From Patescibacteria group bacterium (GTDB lineage: Bacteria > Patescibacteriota > Minisyncoccia > UBA6257 > JACRHW01): DNA of 64,000 nt. Shown here one piece after another: positions 20,732 to 30,750 of the stretch. The translations under genes were made by a program, and so were the position numbers. Numbering within the stretch: position 1 is the stretch's first letter; each line of letters begins with the position of its first letter. Where the stretch lies: positions 1,697-65,696 of the forward strand of contig JAGWJP010000003.1 of NCBI GenBank assembly GCA_028865725.1, read 5' to 3'. The notes beneath the pieces were generated by a model. It was not told where the DNA came from. It did no database searches and saw only the letters and a list, made by a program, of their open reading frames with translations.

Positions 20732-21469
20732 ATGGATGACCTTATAGACATCATAAAAAAACTGGGGCTCACCACAAAGGCAGCTCGTATTTACTTGGCA
20801 GCGTTAGAGCTCGGCGAGGCTTCAGTACAACAACTCGCACAAAAGTCCAAGCTGAAACGGACGACATTATATTACATTCTTGATGAACTCATTGACGCGG
20901 GGATCCTCATTCCTACAAGAACCGGAAAAAAACTTTATTATGTCGCTGAAAAACCAAGCACGCTCCTTAAAAATACAAAGGAGAACATCGCCCATTTTGA
21001 ACACTCATTATCCCTTTTAGAAGAGCGGGGGGCCTATATGAGCAACCGCCCGCGGACATACTTTCTCTACGGCACTGCCGGCTTCAAGCAGGTGTGGGAT
21101 ATGATTCTCGACTCTCCAGAAAAGATGTATCGGATTATTACAGAGGGGGAGAATTTTTTGGATTATGTACGGGAAAAGTATATCCTTGATGAAATCATCA
21201 GCAAAAAGAAGCAACTCGGCGTCTCCAGCAGACAACTTATCAGGAACTCCGCGTATGCCAAGCAAATCGTTGCGAAAGATGCGCGGGAAAATAGAACCTC
21301 CCGCATGTTGCCTGCGATCTACAAATTGCCGTTTACAGAAATCATTACTGACCATTTTGTGGCATGCATCTCCTCACGCCATGCCAATATGATTTTTGTC
21401 GTAGAAAATGCGGCATTCGCCAAAATGCGACAATCTATTTTTGAAATGTTGTGGGACTCTGTCCGCTAA
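20732..21469 (+). CDS. TrmB family transcriptional regulator
   Basis: LGLT..AA.IYLAALELG.AS..LA..S.LKRTT.Y..L..L; divergent from the kinase operon. Confidence 0.88.
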   Translation: MDDLIDIIKKLGLTTKAARIYLAALELGEASVQQLAQKSKLKRTTLYYILDELIDAGILIPTRTGKKLYYVAEKPSTLLKNTKENIAHFEHSLSLLEERGAYMSNRPRTYFLYGTAGFKQVWDMILDSPEKMYRIITEGENFLDYVREKYILDEIISKKKQLGVSSRQLIRNSAYAKQIVAKDARENRTSRMLPAIYKLPFTEIITDHFVACISSRHANMIFVVENAAFAKMRQSIFEMLWDSVR

Positions 21470-21571
21470 CAACCAGGCGATTTCTATTCTTAAATGGATG
21501 CCCCGCGTTGACAACAACAGTATGTAACGCTATATTTTCTATAGCTCGTTTTTGAAAGGAAGAGACATGCA

Positions 21572-22123
21572 ATGGAAATAAGAAAATCCAGTTGGCATTA
21601 TCGCTGGATGGACTTTGTCTATAGGAGTTCTGTATTTTCACCTGCAGGCGTACCTCGAAATATCTGTTCTTACTTTTGGGGACTGGTCTTTAGCATACCT
21701 CATCTGTTGATTACGGGAATCGTTGCTCTTTTCTGCGTAATTATCACGATTGGGTTCATTGTGACCACTTATTTCATAAAAATCATCTGCTGGTTTTTTG
21801 GATTCGCAAGCAACTTTCAAGACCTGGATTCGGATTGTTATGCCTATAAGTATGGTCTGTATGGGAGACCGAGGAGAGAAGTGTTCGCTCCTTGGGAAGG
21901 ATGCACTCTCGGCACACTTCTGTGGACATGTCACACCCACCAGACATCTGTCGTATCCGTTTTTACGCATCCATTAGCGTGGATAGAACTGTGGTGGATT
22001 GTTCCGGCATGTAGTGTACTCATCCTATGTGGGATCTGTCTTACAAAATCGGCGGGACTTATTCTACCTTTCCTCACCTCCATAAAAGAAAAATATTGTA
22101 CACGTATTAAATTTATCGACTAG
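21572..22123 (+). CDS. Hypothetical membrane protein (autonomous cassette)
   Basis: TTGACA-N17-TATATT at 21508-21536, SD AAAGGAAG, terminator at 22133-22154. Confidence 0.7.
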   Translation: MEIRKSSWHYRWMDFVYRSSVFSPAGVPRNICSYFWGLVFSIPHLLITGIVALFCVIITIGFIVTTYFIKIICWFFGFASNFQDLDSDCYAYKYGLYGRPRREVFAPWEGCTLGTLLWTCHTHQTSVVSVFTHPLAWIELWWIVPACSVLILCGICLTKSAGLILPFLTSIKEKYCTRIKFID

Positions 22124-22208
22124 CAGATGCACAAAACCGAGAAAACTCGGTTTTTTTTATACACCAAACCCGATCGTTCTATTCAAATATGTACACATAT
22201 ACAAATTT

Positions 22209-22427
22209 ATGATGCGGGGAAATTTTCTCGGCGCAATTGTTGCCATTATCTATACGGTTTATATTTCGGCGCATCCGTTTCCTACAAAATCGCAGATGGC
22301 ATTTTTATTGGTGGTTCTCAACGCGCTGACGATCATCTTGATGACATTGGCATTCAAACACGAACTCGAATACAACACGGGTTCGCACTCTCAACACGTC
22401 GCTATGCGGCGTGTTGTTTTTATGTAG
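22209..22427 (+). CDS. Small hypothetical membrane protein
   Basis: 72 aa with two hydrophobic segments. Confidence 0.4.
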   Translation: MMRGNFLGAIVAIIYTVYISAHPFPTKSQMAFLLVVLNALTIILMTLAFKHELEYNTGSHSQHVAMRRVVFM

Positions 22428-22478
22428 AACATAATATTTGGTATAATGACACACGTTACCACCCTATTGTGTCTTTTT

Positions 22479-24146
22479 ATGAAACCCGAAAAAGAGTCTC
22501 ACAATTTAGAACATCATTGGACGAGAAGCGCTGTCGTGTATCAGATCTATCCGCGAAGCTTTAAGGATAGCAACGGAGACGGAATAGGAGATCTCCGCGG
22601 AATTATCCAAAAACTCGATTACCTTAACGATGGGACAGAACGCTCGCTTGGCATTAATGCCATTTGGATTAATCCGATCTACCCCTCCCCCATGAAAGAT
22701 TTTGGGTATGATGTATCGGATTACTACTCTATCGACCCCTTATTCGGCACGATGGCTGATTTTGAAACACTCGTCTCATACGCCCACGCACGTACTATAA
22801 AAATACTCATGGATTTTGTACCGAACCATACTTCTTCACAACATCCGTGGTTTCTTGAATCTCGTTCCTCCCGTATGAACAAAAAACGCGATTGGTATAT
22901 TTGGCGCGACCCTAAGCCCGATGGAAACCCGCCGAACAATTGGCTTTCTGTATTTGGGGGTCCTGCATGGACATTTGATGCAACGACGGGACAGTATTAT
23001 CTCCATAGTTTTCTGAAAGATCAGCCAGATCTCAATTGGCGCACCATAGAAGTGCGAGAAGAAATGGAGCATGTGTTACGTTTTTGGCTGCAAAAAGGCG
23101 TCGATGGATTTCGCACTGACTCTATTAGCTATCTTATTAAAGACGACGGTTTTCGAGATGACCCTCCTAATCCAAATTATATCGCGGGCCGCAGCAATCC
23201 TTATGACGCACTCCTCCATATTTACAGCCAAGGGAGACCAGAGCTCCTCAGCGCGGCCAACACGCTTTGCAAAGTACTTGATGCCTATCCGCATGCATTT
23301 ATGGTAAGTGAGGCTTACCTCGGCATCCCTAAGATGGTCGAACTCTATCGCGCATGTGATAACAATCTTCATGCTCCGTTCAATTTCAACCTTATCACGC
23401 TGCCATGGAATGGGGAATCATTTAAAACATTTATCGATGAGTTTGACGCACATCTTCGACCTGACGATTGTCCGAACTATGTATTCGGCAACCACGATCG
23501 CTCCCGTGTTGCGACGCGCTTGGGACAAAAAAGAGCACGCATTGCAGCGGTGCTCCAATGTACGCTCCGCGGCATGCCTTTCATCTACTATGGGGAGGAG
23601 ATTGGTATGGAAGATTTACCAGTAAAGGAAGAAACGGGCTTAGATCCATGGGGAAAAAATGTCCCCGGGTTTAACCTTGGACGCGATCCGGAGCGCACTC
23701 CTATGCAGTGGGATGATACCCTCCACGCCGGCTTCTCTACAAGTACGCCGTGGCTTCCCCTAGCGAACAACTTTCGCACTATCAATGTAGCACGCGAATC
23801 TCTTAATCCGCGCTCCATGCTCACGCTTTATCGCACGCTTATTCATATCCGCACACATACTCCCGCACTCCTCAACGGATCCTATCACTCTTTACCTCTC
23901 CAAGGAGGTAAAGACATATTCTCTTTTATTCGCATATACAAAAAAGAGGGTATACTTATTATGATAAATTTTTCTGATACTTCCCATGTCGTCTCTTTTT
24001 CAGAAGATGTGCTGCGAGGGTTTCTCAACACAGGGTGCCGCGTGCTCTGCAACACTGAATGCAATGACGCAAAGAAATACATGAATATCGATACGTTAAC
24101 GCTGCGTCCCTATGAGGCGTACGTACTCGCATTACCTTCAAAATAA
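22479..24146 (+). CDS. GH13 alpha-glucosidase / oligo-1,6-glucosidase
   Basis: YQIYPRSFKDSNGDGIGDL, DFVPNH, QPDLNW, GVDGFR.D, NHD, YYGEEIG, RTPMQW. Confidence 0.93.
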   Translation: MKPEKESHNLEHHWTRSAVVYQIYPRSFKDSNGDGIGDLRGIIQKLDYLNDGTERSLGINAIWINPIYPSPMKDFGYDVSDYYSIDPLFGTMADFETLVSYAHARTIKILMDFVPNHTSSQHPWFLESRSSRMNKKRDWYIWRDPKPDGNPPNNWLSVFGGPAWTFDATTGQYYLHSFLKDQPDLNWRTIEVREEMEHVLRFWLQKGVDGFRTDSISYLIKDDGFRDDPPNPNYIAGRSNPYDALLHIYSQGRPELLSAANTLCKVLDAYPHAFMVSEAYLGIPKMVELYRACDNNLHAPFNFNLITLPWNGESFKTFIDEFDAHLRPDDCPNYVFGNHDRSRVATRLGQKRARIAAVLQCTLRGMPFIYYGEEIGMEDLPVKEETGLDPWGKNVPGFNLGRDPERTPMQWDDTLHAGFSTSTPWLPLANNFRTINVARESLNPRSMLTLYRTLIHIRTHTPALLNGSYHSLPLQGGKDIFSFIRIYKKEGILIMINFSDTSHVVSFSEDVLRGFLNTGCRVLCNTECNDAKKYMNIDTLTLRPYEAYVLALPSK

Positions 24147-24230
24147 CGCGACAGATGGCCTCTCAAAAACAATTGTTTGCTCTCAATTTGCTAAAAAAGA
24201 TTTATACTATATATATTATCTTATACCACC

Positions 24231-24827
24231 ATGCAGTATGCGCTTGCTCTTCTCCTTCGTTATCGTTACGCATTTCTCTTTCCGCTTGCGGCATTCGAAG
24301 GACCTATTATTTCACTCATTGTGGGATTCCTTACTCACCAAGGATATTTTAATTTTTTCTATGCCTATGGTATTCTAATCTTCGGGGATATTATTCCTGA
24401 TATTTTTTATTACTATATAGGAAGAACGGGGAATAAAAATAAGTTCCTTACGGAGTATCGCTCAAAGCTACACGTAGTCTCAGAAAACATAGAACACATC
24501 GAACGCTTGTGGCATTATCATGGAAAAAAAACTATGTTTTTTAGTAAGTTGGCGTATGGGCTTAGCACCCCAATGCTTATAAGCGCAGGAATCGTAAAAC
24601 TTCCTTTTCCTCGCTTTCTTTCCCTTGCACTTCCTATCACCCTTATCCAATACGCGCTCTTCATGACCATCGGTTATTATCTTGGCGCTTCCGTGTTTGA
24701 ACGCACAAGCAATTATCTGCGCTATGGAGAAATCGTGGTAAGTATCCTTGTCCTTGTTTTTGTCCTGTATCATTTACTCGCGCAAGCTTCAAAAAATCAA
24801 ATTACCAAGATGGACGCAGAAAAATAA
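24231..24827 (+). CDS. DedA family membrane protein
   Basis: EGP...G, GD...YY.GR, HG.K..F.SK...G...AG. Confidence 0.85.
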   Translation: MQYALALLLRYRYAFLFPLAAFEGPIISLIVGFLTHQGYFNFFYAYGILIFGDIIPDIFYYYIGRTGNKNKFLTEYRSKLHVVSENIEHIERLWHYHGKKTMFFSKLAYGLSTPMLISAGIVKLPFPRFLSLALPITLIQYALFMTIGYYLGASVFERTSNYLRYGEIVVSILVLVFVLYHLLAQASKNQITKMDAEK

Positions 24828-26017
24828 TGAATATCGCCTTTTTTTCTGACAACTTTTATCCTGAACTGAGCGGCATTGCCGATTCTATCATTCTTACCGG
24901 CACCGAACTCGCACGCCGCGGTCATATTATTCATTACTTTGTACCTCACTACGACGCACGCGAATACCGCACCGCGGGTACCCACGCAAAGGAGCTCATC
25001 CTCGGATCCCGTATTACTATTCACAGGCTGCCCTCATTTCATGTTCCCGGACCCACCCTCCAGACACGTGCGGTCGTTCCCAATCCTCTCTTTGGCCTTT
25101 TGAAAGCAAAGCCGGATATTATCCACTCTCATAGTTTCTTCGGACCCGGTATTGACGCGCTCATATGGGCACGCAGGAACCATATTCCGCTTCTGGGCAC
25201 AAATCATACGCACATTGAATCATTCATTCGTTACAGCCCCATTCACCATCCTGCATTTCAGCGTTTCTTAAAACGCTATATTACATGGTATTACAATCAG
25301 TGCGTAACAGTAAGTGCGCCCTCTGATTTTCTCATTCAGGATATGCAAAAAAACGGACTTCACGCATCTTCTCACGTTATTTCTAATCCTATCGATCCTT
25401 CTTTTTTTATTGCTCCGGACTCAAAAAAAACACTAAAAGCACGCTACGGACTTGCGCCTCTCACGATCTTATATGCCGGAAGGATCGCATCGGAAAAAAA
25501 TATACAAATCTTATTCGATGCCTTTCTTCCTCTTGCCCATGAGCGCCCCGATGTGGATCTTCTCATTGTGGGGCAGGGCACGCTGCGAAAAATACTCGAA
25601 AGGCGTAGAGATACATCGGGCATAGCGTCTCGTATTAAACTACTCGGGCCTTTTCTTGGAGAGAATAAACAAGAGTTTTTTGATCTCTTTCACGCATCTG
25701 ATATCCTTGTTATGCCAAGCACATCAGAAACGCAAAGCATGGTGGTGCTTCAAGGTATGGCCTGCGGAATGCCTGTTGTCGCGGCGCGGACTGCTGCACT
25801 TCCTGAAATAGTCACCGCGGAACGCGGTGTTCTCTTTAATCCGACAGATGCACCTGAACTCACGACACATCTGAAAAATCTCTGTCAAAGTCAAGAATAT
25901 CGCGAGCAATTAGGACATCAGGCGCGGATATTTGCAGCACAGTTTTCCGTAGAATCAGTTGCGAACAAATGGGAAATGTTGTATAAAAGTATTTACACTA
26001 CTCGAGCCCGGATATAA
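24827..26017 (+). CDS. GT4 glycosyltransferase (monoglucosyl-diacylglycerol synthase-like)
   Basis: IAFFSDNFYPELSG, IIHSH, YAGRI..EKN, SETQSMVVLQGMACG.PVV. Confidence 0.88.
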   Translation: MNIAFFSDNFYPELSGIADSIILTGTELARRGHIIHYFVPHYDAREYRTAGTHAKELILGSRITIHRLPSFHVPGPTLQTRAVVPNPLFGLLKAKPDIIHSHSFFGPGIDALIWARRNHIPLLGTNHTHIESFIRYSPIHHPAFQRFLKRYITWYYNQCVTVSAPSDFLIQDMQKNGLHASSHVISNPIDPSFFIAPDSKKTLKARYGLAPLTILYAGRIASEKNIQILFDAFLPLAHERPDVDLLIVGQGTLRKILERRRDTSGIASRIKLLGPFLGENKQEFFDLFHASDILVMPSTSETQSMVVLQGMACGMPVVAARTAALPEIVTAERGVLFNPTDAPELTTHLKNLCQSQEYREQLGHQARIFAAQFSVESVANKWEMLYKSIYTTRARI

Positions 26018-26042
26018 ATAACAGGGCGCCAATAACGCTATC

Positions 26043-26786
26043 ATGAAAATTTCTGTCGTCATTCCTGCGCACAATGAAGAGGCGCGCATAAAAAATGTGT
26101 TAAATGCGGTGCTTATACAAGACTACCCTGATTTTGAAGTGATCGTTGTCGACAATGCCTCAACCGATAATACAGCCGCCATTGTACGATCGTTTAACGA
26201 CATTCGCTTGCAACTTATCCATGAACCACGTAAGGGTCTCCCTTTTGCGCGTGAAGCAGGACGCCTCGCGGCAACAGGGGATATCCTCGCTCAACTTGAC
26301 GCTGACTGTCTTCCCGAAACATGGTGGATCAGTAGGGCCGTCGACAAACTCTCGCGATCACCACACCTCGTGAGCATTTCGGGTCCATATTTGTATTATG
26401 ATTATGATTTCATAAAAAAATACACCCTGACATTCCTACAATTTCTTTCCCAGGGAATCATACTCAATTTCTTCGGGCAACTGCTTAATATGGGTGGGTT
26501 TGTTCTTGGAGGTAACGCGTTCATTAGAAAGAGTGTGCTTGACGCAGCGGGTGGATATAATACCAACATTTCTTTTTATGGAGAAGACACAGAAACCGCA
26601 AGAAGAATTAGCAAGTTTGGACACACTGGCTATACAATGCAACTCTATTGCAATAGTTCTGCACGACGCTTTAAACATATAGGATTTTTCAAAATGGGAT
26701 ACCTTTATTGCAAAACAGTGGTGTTTGTATTTATCAATAATAAAATTCTAGAAAAAAAAATCGATGGCTCCGATGACTTCCGCTAA
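26043..26786 (+). CDS. GT2 glycosyltransferase
   Basis: ISVVIPAHNEE, VVDNASTD, DAD, GEDTE, SARRF. Confidence 0.9.
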   Translation: MKISVVIPAHNEEARIKNVLNAVLIQDYPDFEVIVVDNASTDNTAAIVRSFNDIRLQLIHEPRKGLPFAREAGRLAATGDILAQLDADCLPETWWISRAVDKLSRSPHLVSISGPYLYYDYDFIKKYTLTFLQFLSQGIILNFFGQLLNMGGFVLGGNAFIRKSVLDAAGGYNTNISFYGEDTETARRISKFGHTGYTMQLYCNSSARRFKHIGFFKMGYLYCKTVVFVFINNKILEKKIDGSDDFR

Positions 26787-27318
26787 TGCACACTACTATT
26801 CACGCCATGAAGCCACCCTACAAGCATGTGCACTTATCGCAAGCTCTCTCCTGTTTCTGATTGCATCCTCCCTCCAACACCACATAAAACTTACGGCGAC
26901 AGTGGTAGGTGGTGGAATTATGCTTATTCTCTTGTTTCTTCACACCTATTTTTCTATACTTCGGTTTAGCATATGGACGTCTAAATATGACGTACCACAA
27001 ACTCTGTTTAATATTATGCTCGTTATTTCATATTTTTTTACTGCATATATGAGTATGTGGCACATTACTCTCTTTTTTGTGGGGATGCTCACCATATTCC
27101 TCGTTGCAACATGGAAGTATAGTCTCCTCGCACGCGGGCACGCGTTCCAAGAAAAAATACTCTTCAAAAGAAACATCGATTTTCTCGCGTTGCCCGTCCT
27201 TATTGTATTGATTGTTCTTTCCCATGCGGGACATGTAATCCCCGCAATCGTCATCGGCACGCTCTTATATCTTGTAGGCACCTATCTTTTTTTCTTCGTA
27301 ATGCCCTTGTATTCATAA
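26764..27318 (+). CDS. Hypothetical polytopic membrane protein
   Basis: About 6 hydrophobic segments; overlaps the GT2 end. Confidence 0.65.
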   Translation: MAPMTSANAHYYSRHEATLQACALIASSLLFLIASSLQHHIKLTATVVGGGIMLILLFLHTYFSILRFSIWTSKYDVPQTLFNIMLVISYFFTAYMSMWHITLFFVGMLTIFLVATWKYSLLARGHAFQEKILFKRNIDFLALPVLIVLIVLSHAGHVIPAIVIGTLLYLVGTYLFFFVMPLYS

Positions 27319-27401
27319 TCCTTTACTTAAAGATTGAGTTGACATGCCTTGATTCTACACTATAATAAATTGCAAAAATCCAAAAAAGGAGGCAAGCTTC
27401 T

Positions 27402-27602
27402 ATGCAGAAAACGCTGCGACTGATCGTATGCATCTTGTGTGGCAGGGAAGTCAAGAACGATTGCGGGCAGAGTCTTTGCACCAAAGACTGTCCCCATGAT
27501 GGAACAAGAATGAATGAGCGACCCACAGAAAGTATGGAAACCTACGTTTATGAATTAAAAGAAAGGCTTCCTTACCCCTCGCATACCGCTCCCGCCGAAT
27601 GA
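27402..27602 (+). CDS. Small zinc-ribbon protein
   Basis: CILC...CPHD; TTGACA-N16-TATAAT at 27339-27366; SD AAAGGAGG; terminator at 27585-27609. Confidence 0.6.
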   Translation: MQKTLRLIVCILCGREVKNDCGQSLCTKDCPHDGTRMNERPTESMETYVYELKERLPYPSHTAPAE

Positions 27603-27681
27603 GGGCGGTTTTTGTTTGATGAAACAGGAATGAATATGGTAAAGTACACGCAGCATCCTTGTTAAGAAGGAGACGCAGGAT

Positions 27682-28728
27682 ATGGAATACGATGCAATTC
27701 GGCGTTTTAAGAAAATCGACCTTCATCGCCACCTTGATGGCGATGTGCGCCCCGGTGTCATGCAATTCATTGCAAAGAAAAACGGAATCGCGCTTCCTGT
27801 GCAGTCCAATGAGTCACTAGAGGACTATTTTGTGCGTCTCAAACAAGACGGCCTTCCCGCACTGTTCCAAAAGGGGTTTGGATTTGTCAGTTTGCTCTCT
27901 CAAACACCAGACAATCTTTTTCTTATCGCATATGAGGTGGTGCGCAACCTTCATGAAGACGGAATTATCTATGCTGAAATCCGATTCGCACCTCAGTATC
28001 ACACCGGAGAGTCAACATACTATGGTCATGCGGGAAAACGAATGTCCTATGAAGAGGTAATCCATGCCATTGCAGCCGGACTTAAAGCGGGAGAGCGCAA
28101 ATTTGGCGTAATGACAAAAATGATCGTCTGTATTGGCCGCGAAGCGGAACCGGAAGTGGGCTGTGAAATTGTAAAATCCGCACTCAATACAATGCATCTT
28201 GGCGTAGTTGGAATCGACTTGGCATGCGACGAAGCCGCGTATCCTCCAGAACGCCACCTGTCCGCATATCGCCTCACGTTTGACACGCCGTTGCGGCGCA
28301 CAGTACACGCAGGAGAGTTCGGTCCACAGCCCTATCGCAATATGGCGACAGCGATTCATGACCTTCGAGCACACCGCTTAGGACAAGCTATCCCGCTTGT
28401 GCGTCATCGTGGTTTGCTCGCCGCAGTGCGGGACAATCAGATTGGAGTTGAATTTTGCCCGCAATCAAATCTTTTCTGCGGCCACATCGGCCATGTACGA
28501 GACCTTGGCATTGAAACATGTCTTGCAGAAGGAATCCATGTCAGCATCAATTCAGATGATCCAGCCATGTTTGGCTATACCCTTACCGACACGTTTGCCA
28601 CACTCAATAAGTATACGTCTCTTACGCCGATTGATTTGTCTACAATGATGCACTCCGCGATGCAAAGCGCCTTCTGCTCTGAAGAAGAAAAGGACAAGAT
28701 CCTTGCACTGATTGATATACAAAAATAA
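27682..28728 (+). CDS. add: Adenosine deaminase family protein
   Basis: DLHRHLDG, YAEIRFAP, HAGE, CPQSN, NSDDP. Confidence 0.88.
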   Translation: MEYDAIRRFKKIDLHRHLDGDVRPGVMQFIAKKNGIALPVQSNESLEDYFVRLKQDGLPALFQKGFGFVSLLSQTPDNLFLIAYEVVRNLHEDGIIYAEIRFAPQYHTGESTYYGHAGKRMSYEEVIHAIAAGLKAGERKFGVMTKMIVCIGREAEPEVGCEIVKSALNTMHLGVVGIDLACDEAAYPPERHLSAYRLTFDTPLRRTVHAGEFGPQPYRNMATAIHDLRAHRLGQAIPLVRHRGLLAAVRDNQIGVEFCPQSNLFCGHIGHVRDLGIETCLAEGIHVSINSDDPAMFGYTLTDTFATLNKYTSLTPIDLSTMMHSAMQSAFCSEEEKDKILALIDIQK

Positions 28729-28771
28729 CAAAAAAACCGGTCTATGCGCCGGTTTTCTATTGTAGTGTTCG

Positions 28772-29101
28772 CTAATCAATATCCCACAAATTTGTGTAGG
28801 GAATATTAACAGGAGGATTATAAGAGTGAGCGCAACGAATCAATGCGTCAATAAATGCCGCAGGACACTCTGGATACTTCCTAATAAGATACGTACGAAA
28901 TTCATCATGATTCTCCTTATTCCATGCTTTTTTTGTTTTTGCGCTTACCCATTCTTTTGCAAGATCAGCCACTTCCTCATATGCCTCTTTGTAGAAGCTC
29001 GGTGGATTTTTGCCTAATATCGTTTGCAAATCAGAAAACCGAGAGACTTGATCGAACCCTGAATCTTTAAACTGTGGTGTAGATGTAATATCTTCTCTCA
29101 T
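28772..29101 (-). CDS. Hypothetical protein
   Basis: 109 aa ORF; ends near the bidirectional hairpin at 28733-28756. Confidence 0.6.
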   Translation of the reverse strand: MREDITSTPQFKDSGFDQVSRFSDLQTILGKNPPSFYKEAYEEVADLAKEWVSAKTKKAWNKENHDEFRTYLIRKYPECPAAFIDALIRCAHSYNPPVNIPYTNLWDID

Positions 29102-29189
29102 ATACACTTGTTTGTTTTAAGTATAATACCCTATACCCTGCACTGCAACAAAAAGAAAAACGAAACCGGCATACGTGCCGGTTTTTTCT

Positions 29190-29444
29190 TTATACCACCT
29201 CCTTTCTGATTTCCGCCTTGCTATATGCCACCCATGAAGGGACAGCAATCACAAGACGGAAAAATCCAAGAATTCCGCCGGCAAGAGCGACACGAGCAAG
29301 CCCTCGCGTCGTCTCACCGCGGTAGATCATAATCGCCCCAGCCCCAAAGCTAGAGGCGCTGAGACACACAACGATGATGATGATTGCTGCGAATACAGCT
29401 ATCGTCATCATCAAAATCATACGATTTTGATGTTTTTTGATCAC
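29190..29444 (-). CDS. Small hypothetical membrane protein (autonomous cassette)
   Basis: Minus-strand TTGACA-N16-TATAAT at 29473-29500, SD AGGAGG, terminator at 29163-29184. Confidence 0.65.
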   Translation of the reverse strand: MIKKHQNRMILMMTIAVFAAIIIIVVCLSASSFGAGAIMIYRGETTRGLARVALAGGILGFFRLVIAVPSWVAYSKAEIRKEVV

Positions 29445-29645
29445 CCTAATCCTCCTGAATTTTGTTGACCATATTATAGCACATATACTGTTCTTGTCAA
29501 TACATTTTGGGTATACCGCAGATTCTCAATACGCTTTTTCAAACTTTCCCGAATACCATCCTTTATAGAGCTCTTGTTGGCACTGGATACTAAAGAATTG
29601 ACGCTCTCAGTACTATCGGGGATACTCAAAATACACATCCATCTT

Positions 29646-30644
29646 ATGAAACTTCCTCAGGAACTTGAACACGCTATTGAACAAGAATTTACCCACATAT
29701 CCCTCAAAACACTTGCGCACGCTACAAAATATTTGCGCGAGGAGTATCGCACCCAAGGCAATAACGCAAACACGGACGCGGAGAGGCTTACCGCTTATGC
29801 GGCATATCGCATGCCCGGGACATTTGCGGCAATTACCCATGTACTCACAGAGCTCCAACGAAGACATCCCGATTGGGTTCCTGCGCGCCTACTTGACGTC
29901 GGCGCGGGGCCGGGCACCGCACTCTGGGCTACTACGAAGATATGGCCTTCTTTGAATTCGATCACCTGCATCGAGAACAGTCCTGTAATGATTGCGCTCG
30001 GAAAACATCTCACTACACACGCATCAAATGCCACCATACAAAACGCGTCATGGGTTCACGCCAACATGCGTAACACAACACCCTCTGATTCCTACGACCT
30101 CGTAATCATCTCCTATGCACTCTCAGAACTCCCGGAAAAAGCGCGAAACCAAGTAATTCAGAACTACTTCGAACACACCACACATAGCCTTTGTATTATC
30201 GAACCCGCAAAATCTCCTCGCGGCTCTCGCGTGATAGAAGAGGCACGCGCCAAGCTTGTACGCCTTGGCGCACACATCATCGCTCCTATCCCGAAATCCT
30301 TCACCTACACCTTACCAGAAGGCCAATGGCTTCATTTTGCAGAACGTGTAGAACGTACCCACCTCGAGCGTGTGGTTAAAAAAGCATTCAGGCCCTACGA
30401 GGATGAAAAATTCTCGTATGTTATCGCCTCGCGCAGCGAGGGCACATCTTACGCTGCGCGTGTGATCCTGCCCCCTCAAACAAATCGAGGCTACATCACG
30501 CTCACGCTTTGTGCTAAAGAGGGGATCCAAAAAATAGTAGTAACAAAAAAACGCCACCCCAAGGCGTACCGATTAGCCAAAAAACTGCAGTGGGGCGATA
30601 CCTTAGATGCCCACAATCCACTACTCGCGCTCATTACTAACTAG
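29646..30644 (+). CDS. Rsm22/METTL17-like SAM-dependent methyltransferase
   Basis: AYAAYRMP.T, LDVGAGPGT, SYALSEL, IIEP, EDEKFSY, WGD. Confidence 0.85.
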   Translation: MKLPQELEHAIEQEFTHISLKTLAHATKYLREEYRTQGNNANTDAERLTAYAAYRMPGTFAAITHVLTELQRRHPDWVPARLLDVGAGPGTALWATTKIWPSLNSITCIENSPVMIALGKHLTTHASNATIQNASWVHANMRNTTPSDSYDLVIISYALSELPEKARNQVIQNYFEHTTHSLCIIEPAKSPRGSRVIEEARAKLVRLGAHIIAPIPKSFTYTLPEGQWLHFAERVERTHLERVVKKAFRPYEDEKFSYVIASRSEGTSYAARVILPPQTNRGYITLTLCAKEGIQKIVVTKKRHPKAYRLAKKLQWGDTLDAHNPLLALITN

Positions 30645-30750
30645 GTAAAATTAATTCCAAGCTTGTTTTTTTCGAAAAAATCTCAGGCGAAAATTCAATA
30701 AAGCGATAAGCCCGACTCACTACCAATCTCGAATTTTCCTTTGGTGACAA

